Of a stretch of 42,797 bases of DNA, positions 36,697 to 42,797 are shown piece by piece (the stretch's first letter is position 1; each line of letters opens with the position of its first letter). The stretch comes from Geobacter sp. (lineage in GTDB: Bacteria; Desulfobacterota; Desulfuromonadia; Geobacterales; Pseudopelobacteraceae). Position numbers and translations under genes: made by a program. The notes under the pieces were generated by a model, which saw only the letters and a program-made list of their open reading frames with translations, did not search any database and had not been told where the DNA came from. The stretch lies in NCBI GenBank assembly GCA_009886055.1, contig VFJM01000015.1, forward strand, positions 1 to 42,797. The letters are read 5' to 3'.

Positions 36697-36750
36697 CATA
36701 TTTTTCCTTTGCCTCCCCCCTCCGATTGCGGGTAATATGTCCGCGTTTAT
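36697..36750 (+). promoter_or_regulatory. Promoter-like module B upstream of ftsK
   Basis: CATATTTTTCCTTTGCCTC contains the -35 TTGCCT (36709-36714). An 18-nt spacer leads to TAATAT (36733-36738), then GTCCGCGTTTA. It ends about 30 nt upstream of the ftsK ATG. Confidence 0.4.
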
Positions 36751-36774
36751 CCAATAACAAGGAATCCCGAGTCA

Positions 36775-39123
36775 ATGAGCGCAGAAGAATCCAAAAAAGA
36801 AAAACTGACCAAAGAGTTGCAGGGGATGGCGCTGGGAACAGTCGGAGTGTTCTTCCTGCTCTCGTTTCTGACCTATAACACCGCCGACGTGTCCTGGAAC
36901 AGCTACTCAAACGAGGGTGGCATCCAAAACCTCGGGGGGAGGCTGGGGGCGCAGATAGCCGATCTGTTCTTTATCAGTTTCGGTCTGGCCTCGTACCTGA
37001 TCCCGCTGGCGATGCTCTACATGGCCTACACCCTCTTCCGTTTTAAAGAGATCCGCCTCCGCTCATACAAACTGGCTGCGGCTATTGTACTCCTCTTCTC
37101 CCTGGCGACGCTGTTTGCTTTTTTCCGCGACAAGACTTTTTTATTAGGCCAGCAGGTGGCTACCGGCGGAGCGGTCGGCGTGATGGTGTCAAGGGGCCTC
37201 AAAAACACCGTCGGCGTCACCGGAGGCCTGCTCCTGCTCCTGCCGCTGCTGGCAGCATCGATCATGATTCTTTCGAAATTCTCCTTTATTCTTTTTGCCG
37301 GATGGTGGCTGGAGGACTTCAAGCGTAAATGGGGTGCCTGGCAGGGGCGCCGCGCCCAGGAGCGCAATGAGCAGAACCGCGCCAAGGCGAAACAGGATGG
37401 TCTCCCTTCCGCTGCAACGGCAGGCGGCCCGATCATCAAGCCGCTGGCGCCGCCGCCTCCGCGCCCTAACCTTATCAAGAAGGAAAAGGATAAAAAGAAA
37501 GAGGACGCCAAAACAGCCGCAGTGCAGGAAACCTTTGAATTCATCAAGGCTGAAGGGGATTTTCACACCCCCCCCTTCTCGCTGCTGGATGTTCCACCCG
37601 CCACTGAAAAGACTCTCGACCGTGACGCCCTGACGATGAATGCGCGTCTGCTGGAGAAAAAACTAAAGGATTACAACATCGACGGCGAAGTAGTTGAAAT
37701 ATGCCCCGGCCCGGTCATCACCATGTATGAGTTTTCTCCGGCCCCCGGCATCAAGATCAGCCGCATTGCCGGCCTTACCGATGACCTGACCATGGCGCTG
37801 CAGGCGATGTCGATCCGCATTGTGGCTCCGATCCCCGGCAAGGGGGTAGTCGGCATCGAGGTTCCCAACCGTGACCGCGACATGGTTTTTCTGCGCGAGA
37901 TTTTCAACTGCGAGCATTTTTCCCACAGCAAGATGAAACTGCCTCTGGCTCTTGGAAAGGACATCGCCGGACATCCGGTCGTGACCGACCTCGCCAAGGC
38001 GCCGCATCTGCTGGTGGCCGGTTCAACAGGCTCCGGCAAGTCGGTCTCGATCAACACCATGATCCTCTCCCTCCTCTACACCTCCACTCCGAAGGATGTG
38101 CGCATGATCATGGTAGACCCCAAGATGCTGGAGTTCTCCATGTACGAGGGGATTCCGCACCTGCTGCTGCCGGTTGTGACCGAGCCGAAGAAGGCCTCGC
38201 TGGCGCTGAAATGGGCGGTAAACGAGATGGAGCGCCGCTATCAGCTGCTGTCAGACAAAGGTGTCCGCAACATAGATTCATACAACAAAAAGCTGGCCGG
38301 TGAGCTCCTCGAGCAGAAAGAGCACGCCTTGATATCCGATGCCGAGATTATCGAGGAACTTGACGAGCTCGTTGAGGAGGGAGAAGCCGCCCTCGATCCG
38401 ATTCCCTTTGTGGTCGATGACGGGGAGATTCTGGAGCACAGCCACCTCCCCTATATCGTGGTGATTGTGGACGAGCTGGCCGATCTGATGATGGTCGCCG
38501 GCAGAGACGTTGAGGAACATATCGCCCGCCTGGCCCAGAAAGCACGCGCCTCCGGTATCCACCTGATTCTTGCAACCCAGCGCCCTTCTGTGGATGTCAT
38601 TACCGGCCTGATCAAAGCCAATTTGCCGTCGCGCATCTCCTTCCAGGTTACGTCGAAGGTCGATTCGCGCACCATCCTCGACTGCAACGGCGCTGAAAGC
38701 CTGCTCGGTGCCGGCGACATGCTCTATATGCCTCCCGGGACCTCACGCCTGCAGCGTATCCACGGTGCATTTGTCTCCGACTCCGAAGTACAGCGGGTGG
38801 TGGATTTCCTCAAGAAGCAGGGTAAACCGGTCTACGAGAAGTCGATCATGGAGATGAAGGATTCCGATGATAAGGGCGCTTCAGGGAATGAAGAGGAACA
38901 GGACGAGCGCTGGGAAGATGCCTTAAGGCTGGTTTCGGAGACCAAGCAGGCCAGCATTTCGATGGTGCAGCGCCGCCTGCGGATCGGCTATAACCGGGCA
39001 GCGCGAATCGTCGAGATGATGGAGAGCGAGGGGATGATCGCCCAAAGTGACGGCACCAGCAAGCCGCGCGAAATCTATATGGATGTCATCAATGCCTATC
39101 TGAATTCTCAGTTGACGAGGTGA
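36775..39123 (+). CDS. ftsK: DNA translocase FtsK/SpoIIIE
   Basis: N-terminal TM helices and a Pro/Lys-rich linker. The motor domain has AGSTGSGKSV (Walker A) and VVIVDELADLMM (Walker B). The C-terminal gamma (winged-helix) domain reads ASISMVQRRLRIGYNRAARIVEMME. Confidence 0.95.
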   Translation: MSAEESKKEKLTKELQGMALGTVGVFFLLSFLTYNTADVSWNSYSNEGGIQNLGGRLGAQIADLFFISFGLASYLIPLAMLYMAYTLFRFKEIRLRSYKLAAAIVLLFSLATLFAFFRDKTFLLGQQVATGGAVGVMVSRGLKNTVGVTGGLLLLLPLLAASIMILSKFSFILFAGWWLEDFKRKWGAWQGRRAQERNEQNRAKAKQDGLPSAATAGGPIIKPLAPPPPRPNLIKKEKDKKKEDAKTAAVQETFEFIKAEGDFHTPPFSLLDVPPATEKTLDRDALTMNARLLEKKLKDYNIDGEVVEICPGPVITMYEFSPAPGIKISRIAGLTDDLTMALQAMSIRIVAPIPGKGVVGIEVPNRDRDMVFLREIFNCEHFSHSKMKLPLALGKDIAGHPVVTDLAKAPHLLVAGSTGSGKSVSINTMILSLLYTSTPKDVRMIMVDPKMLEFSMYEGIPHLLLPVVTEPKKASLALKWAVNEMERRYQLLSDKGVRNIDSYNKKLAGELLEQKEHALISDAEIIEELDELVEEGEAALDPIPFVVDDGEILEHSHLPYIVVIVDELADLMMVAGRDVEEHIARLAQKARASGIHLILATQRPSVDVITGLIKANLPSRISFQVTSKVDSRTILDCNGAESLLGAGDMLYMPPGTSRLQRIHGAFVSDSEVQRVVDFLKKQGKPVYEKSIMEMKDSDDKGASGNEEEQDERWEDALRLVSETKQASISMVQRRLRIGYNRAARIVEMMESEGMIAQSDGTSKPREIYMDVINAYLNSQLTR

Positions 39124-39131
39124 GAGGGGAT

Positions 39132-39908
39132 ATGAATTCGATACAGGCCGCCGCTATTCAGTTTAACGTCAAACAGGGAGATGTCGATGCCAATCTGGCG
39201 TATGTTCGCGAGGCTCTTCCCCGCGTGGCGGGACAGGGGGCCAATCTGGCAGTACTGCCGGAGATGTGGTCAAGCGGTTTTTCCTACCGGGATCTGAACC
39301 GGCTGGCCCTGCGGACTGCGGGGATTGTGGAGGAGCTGCTGGCACTCTCACGGGAGCTTAAGCTCGTGATCGTCGGCAGCATGCCGGAACCGAACGGCGA
39401 CAAGGTATTCAACACGGTCTATGTTGCCGACAACGGCACACTGGCCGGGGTCTACCGCAAGATCCACCTCTTCTCCCTGCTGGGTGAGGAACGCGCTTTT
39501 TCCGGTGGCGATTCATGGCTGCTGGCAGAGACTTCGATCGGCAAGGTGGGGGTCATCATCTGTTACGACCTGCGTTTTCCCGAACTTTCACGGCGTTTGG
39601 CGGTCGAAGGGGCCCGGGTGATCTGCGTGCCGGCCCAATGGCCCAAGCCTCGCCAGGAGCACTGGCGCACGCTGCTGCGGGCACGAGCGATAGAAAACCA
39701 GCTCTTTGTTGTCGCCTGTAACGCCTGCGGCCCGATCGGCAAACTGGATTTCTTCGGCATGAGCATGATTATCGACCCCAAAGGGGAACTGCTGGCCGAG
39801 ACGGGGGAGAGTGAGGGGGAGATTGTCGCTCCGCTTGACATGCAGGCCATGGACGCCTGGCGTGCGCAAATCCCCTGCTTCAACGACCGCAAGCCGGGGA
39901 GCTATTAA
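39132..39908 (+). CDS. Carbon-nitrogen hydrolase family protein (nitrilase/omega-amidase-like)
   Basis: Catalytic E-K-C contexts LAVLPEMW, YRKIHLF and VIICYDLRFPE. ATG at 39132 after GAGAGGGGA. Confidence 0.85.
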   Translation: MNSIQAAAIQFNVKQGDVDANLAYVREALPRVAGQGANLAVLPEMWSSGFSYRDLNRLALRTAGIVEELLALSRELKLVIVGSMPEPNGDKVFNTVYVADNGTLAGVYRKIHLFSLLGEERAFSGGDSWLLAETSIGKVGVIICYDLRFPELSRRLAVEGARVICVPAQWPKPRQEHWRTLLRARAIENQLFVVACNACGPIGKLDFFGMSMIIDPKGELLAETGESEGEIVAPLDMQAMDAWRAQIPCFNDRKPGSY

Positions 39909-39921
39909 ATCTGAAAAAACA

Positions 39922-40047
39922 TTTAACCGCAGAGGTCGCAGGGGTTCGCAGAGGAACGCCACAATCTTTGAGGGGTGAATCTTAAGGCTTTCAAGTTTTC
40001 CCCATCTTTTCTGTTTTTGCCTTTCCTCTGCGTCCTCTGCGGTTAAA
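39922..40047. repeat. 126-bp imperfect palindromic intergenic element (REP/MITE-like) with CGCAGAGG sub-repeats
   Basis: The terminal inverted repeats are TTTAACCGCAGAGG (39922-39935) and CCTCTGCGGTTAAA (40034-40047). The arms carry CGCAGAGG / CGCAGGGG / CGCAGAGG versus CCTCTGCG x2. A central CTTAAG is present. It lies between convergent genes. Confidence 0.6.
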
Positions 40048-40061
40048 CTGCCGTAGTCTTT

Positions 40062-40961
40062 TCAGACGTGCAGCTTCTTCAAAAGTTCCGGTCGGTGCAG
40101 GGACTTGCGCAAGGTGCTCCGCATCGCTTCAACCTCTTCAAACCCTTCTTCCTTTGACATGAAACCGCTCTTGTAGCGCAGCCGCAGGCTTCTGCGCAGA
40201 GCGTCGGCCGCGGCCAGCGCCTTCTCTCCGGTCGGATCCACCCGCAGAAATTTCGAATCGGCCGGATTCTGCAGAAAATCAAAGATCGCTTCCCTGGCCA
40301 ATTCCATATACTCGTCCCGATCAGCCTCCGTCAGTTGGTATCGCGACTTGCTGGAGAGGGTCTGCAGGATTTTTTGCAGCCTCTCCACCCGGGCCAACAC
40401 CAGAATCGAACTTAAAATCCGTTTGTTGGTGCCGAACGAGAAGATTGTCGTCGTCAGCACATTGCGCAGCAATACATCGTTGGCACGCCTGTCAGCACGG
40501 CAGACAATGCGGGCCAGTTCCCAGACATCCTTCTCCACAAACGCCTCAAAGCGCATCTCCCAATAGGCATGTTTCATGGTTATCGTGGGGAAAGAGCGGA
40601 TGATCTTGTAGGGAACGTAGTAATTATGAGCAACAGTATCCGCCGCCAGATGACAGAGATACCCATATGCGCAGGCTCTCTGATGGTCGGTACCAGCCTC
40701 TTTCAGCAGAGTCCGGCCGATCCCCCAGCGATGACAGTGCAGCAGGTAGTGGGTGTATTTCTTTCCGAACGTAATGTCGGGAGCGAGACAGCCGTACAGA
40801 AAATCTTTTGGATGGGCCGCAAGAAGAGCGGCAACGTCCCCCCCCACCAGATCCAGGTTGGCCAGTGCATGGACCCCCAGCTGAAGATGGATACCTCCAC
40901 CCCAGGCCAGTGCATCGGTCGGGAGGAGTATTGCCGCAACGGTTATTAACAGAAAAAGCAT
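40062..40961 (-). CDS. Zinc-dependent phospholipase C-like family protein (secreted)
   Basis: The signal peptide is followed by AWGGGIHLQLG, then HLAADTVAHNYY and DPTGEK. This pattern of Trp1/His ligands recalls the Zn_dep_PLPC family. The assignment is from memory. Confidence 0.6.
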   Translation of the reverse strand: MLFLLITVAAILLPTDALAWGGGIHLQLGVHALANLDLVGGDVAALLAAHPKDFLYGCLAPDITFGKKYTHYLLHCHRWGIGRTLLKEAGTDHQRACAYGYLCHLAADTVAHNYYVPYKIIRSFPTITMKHAYWEMRFEAFVEKDVWELARIVCRADRRANDVLLRNVLTTTIFSFGTNKRILSSILVLARVERLQKILQTLSSKSRYQLTEADRDEYMELAREAIFDFLQNPADSKFLRVDPTGEKALAAADALRRSLRLRYKSGFMSKEEGFEEVEAMRSTLRKSLHRPELLKKLHV

Positions 40962-41070
40962 ATCGGTTCTTTCTTTTGACAGGCTAGGTGCTTAGTGGTA
41001 GTTTAAGTGCTTAATTATACCCTACTTTATACTACCTTGCACACAAAAATGACAGGCAGGAGCAGCTACC

Positions 41071-41865
41071 GTGAACGCACATTCAACCCGGCATTCCGTC
41101 CAATCCCACCTTACTGCATCGCTCACGGCCTACCTGGAGGATCTCCAGGAAAGCGGCGTGGACGGAATTCCGGCAGAACTTGTGACATCAGCCGAAACGT
41201 ATGCCGCACCACAACGAACCGCTGCTCCGGAACAGGGTAGAGAGAACATGATGAATGAGCAGGCGAGCACACCTGAAAAACATGAGACTCTTGAGCAGAT
41301 CAGAAAAAATCTGGGGCCGTGTCAGCGCTGTAAGCTGGGAGCCACCAGAAAAAACCTGGTGTTCGGGGTCGGAAATCCGAAGGCCCGCCTCGTGTTCGTC
41401 GGCGAAGGGCCGGGAGCCGATGAGGATGCGCAAGGGGAGCCGTTCGTCGGCGATGCCGGCAAGATGCTGAATCGCATCATCGCCGCGATGGAGTTGAAAC
41501 GCGAGGATGTGTACATCTGCAATGTCGTAAAGTGCCGCCCGCCGCAGAACCGGCCGCCGGAAAGCGATGAAGTCGCCACATGTTCACCGTTTCTGCTGCG
41601 GCAACTCCAGTCGGTCAGGCCGGAGGTGATTGTGGCGCTCGGCAGTTCTGCCGCACAGGCTCTGCTGCAGACGAAGGTGCCGATCTCAAAGCTGCGCGGC
41701 AAGTTCCACGACTTCCACGGCATGCCGCTCATGCCGACCTATCACCCGTCGTACCTGCTCCGTACCGGCGGCAACTCCGACTCGTTCTGGAGTGTCTGGG
41801 ACGACATGATCCAGGTGCTGCGGCTCCTCAAGCTGCCGGTCCCTGACAAAAGCAGGAAGAAATAG
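41071..41865 (+). CDS. Uracil-DNA glycosylase, family 4 (Fe-S type) with N-terminal extension
   Basis: [45 protein letters not shown] and [10 protein letters not shown] motifs. GTG start at 41071 after AGGAGC. The alternative is an internal ATG at 41249. Confidence 0.8.
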   Translation: MNAHSTRHSVQSHLTASLTAYLEDLQESGVDGIPAELVTSAETYAAPQRTAAPEQGRENMMNEQASTPEKHETLEQIRKNLGPCQRCKLGATRKNLVFGVGNPKARLVFVGEGPGADEDAQGEPFVGDAGKMLNRIIAAMELKREDVYICNVVKCRPPQNRPPESDEVATCSPFLLRQLQSVRPEVIVALGSSAAQALLQTKVPISKLRGKFHDFHGMPLMPTYHPSYLLRTGGNSDSFWSVWDDMIQVLRLLKLPVPDKSRKK

Positions 41866-41872
41866 AACCGAC

Positions 41873-42797
41873 GTGACCGCCACCATCCCCTTTCTGAAGG
41901 ACCTCTTTCCCCCCTCCCGCCACGACCGGGTCCTCCTCGTCGGCGGAACGGTACGCGACATGCTGCTCGGGAGGGAGAGCGAGGACATCGACCTGGTAGC
42001 CTCCCTTTCCCCCGGTGAACTCACGGCGCTCGGTTTCCGCCTCGTGGAGGCGACCAGTGGAGCTGTCATCTACTTCAAGCAGCATCCCCAATTCGGCAAG
42101 ATTGAAGTCACCCGCATCGACAGCATGGATGATCTGGAGGGTGACCTGTTCCGTCGCGACTTCACGATAAACGCGATGGCGATGGATCTGAACGGCAGGC
42201 AGTTTGACCCTTTGGGCGGTGAAGATGATCTGAAGGCTGGTGTCCTCAGGGCGTGCAGCAATCACACCTTCAGAGGAGATCCTCTGCGCATCTTTCGCGC
42301 CTTCCGGTTCGAGGCTGATGGGTGGGTAATGGCACCGGAGAGTGCGGCGCTGATCCGGAGTGAGAATTGGTCCGATGCGTTAGGTGCCATGCCGACCGAG
42401 CGTTTCAGCGCCGAGATGCTGAAGGCGCTGGCGCGGAAGGTTCCGGAGCGTTTCTTTCAGCGGATGATCGAGTTCAACGTCGGCGCGGAAATACTCCCTG
42501 AAATCTTCCGGATGCCGCAGGTACCTGCCGGGCCGCCCCGGCACCATCCGGAGGGGGACCTCTTCACCCACTCCGTCCAGGTACTGCAGAGGGTTGCGGC
42601 GCTGACGGATGACCCGCTGCCCCGTTTCTGCGCCCTCTTTCACGATCTCGGCAAACTGGCTACCGATCCGGCGCTCTATCCCAAGCATCATGGTCATGAC
42701 GACGCCGGGTTTGAAATGGCGGCAGGGCTTTGCAACCGTCTCCGTCTGCCGTCCACGTACCGCCGGGCACTGGCCTGGATCAGCCGCCTGCACGGCA
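41873..42797 (+). CDS. cca: CCA-adding enzyme / tRNA nucleotidyltransferase with HD domain (5' part; runs off the right edge)
   Basis: My own translation from GTG 41873 reads VTATIPFLKDLFPPSRHDRVLLVGGTVRDMLLGRESEDIDLVA...RRDFTINAMAMDL...GDPLRIFRAFRF...HHPEGDLFTHS...FHDLGK. This gives a Pol-beta NTase head plus an HD motif. The frame is open to the window end, so it is absent from the ORF track. Confidence 0.8.
   Translation, partial: MTATIPFLKDLFPPSRHDRVLLVGGTVRDMLLGRESEDIDLVASLSPGELTALGFRLVEATSGAVIYFKQHPQFGKIEVTRIDSMDDLEGDLFRRDFTINAMAMDLNGRQFDPLGGEDDLKAGVLRACSNHTFRGDPLRIFRAFRFEADGWVMAPESAALIRSENWSDALGAMPTERFSAEMLKALARKVPERFFQRMIEFNVGAEILPEIFRMPQVPAGPPRHHPEGDLFTHSVQVLQRVAALTDDPLPRFCALFHDLGKLATDPALYPKHHGHDDAGFEMAAGLCNRLRLPSTYRRALAWISRLHG

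Noticed and set aside
1-42797. A scan for CRISPR arrays, rRNA genes, IS elements, integrases or prophage genes.
   Set aside because: None were seen. The only repeats are short regulatory or low-complexity repeats and the single 126-bp palindromic element at 39922-40047.

Overview
The window is 42.8 kb of GC-rich chromosomal DNA. By inference it comes from a Desulfuromonadales / Geobacter-like deltaproteobacterium, based on a GEMM-I riboswitch, sigma54 regulation and selenocysteine formate dehydrogenase genes. I see no transposases, integrases, CRISPR arrays or rRNA.

Contents, left to right:
- An edge-truncated DUF4143-type AAA ATPase gene.
- A tightly coupled five-gene signalling operon (825-7907). 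It encodes a CheY-like receiver, a 2TM-HAMP-PAS protein with a degenerate kinase core fused to a DEDDh exonuclease, a DUF3311-like mini membrane protein, an SSS(SLC5)-GAF histidine kinase and a DUF294 nucleotidyltransferase.
- Nfu and aspartase genes on the minus strand.
- A GEMM-I riboswitch carrying the A20 signature of cGAMP-selective variants, with a terminator expression platform, upstream of an FnIII lipoprotein.
- YjgR-like DUF853 ATPase and an ABC-F ATPase.
- A HlyD / ABC / ABC-2 exporter.
- A macro-domain protein.
- A YgbA-like protein plus a ferredoxin-like protein.
- A large selenium/molybdopterin formate dehydrogenase supercluster: mobB, selB-selA, tRNA-Sec, a sigma54 two-component system, fdnG (in-frame UGA-Sec) fdnH fdnI fdhE, mobA, moaA and a MOSC gene.
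- A small lipoprotein, ftsK, a C-N hydrolase, a 126-bp palindromic intergenic repeat, a Zn-phospholipase-C-like protein, a family-4 UDG and an edge-truncated cca gene.

Most interesting points:
- The exonuclease / nucleotidyltransferase / symporter-kinase operon has no DNA-binding output and no known chemistry.
- The fdnG leader contains a canonical GAAA-tetraloop / 11-nt-receptor RNA, which is a candidate Moco-type riboswitch.
- The riboswitch at 9985-10060 looks cGAMP-type.

All calls rest on reading the sequence and on remembered family signatures. No database search was run.
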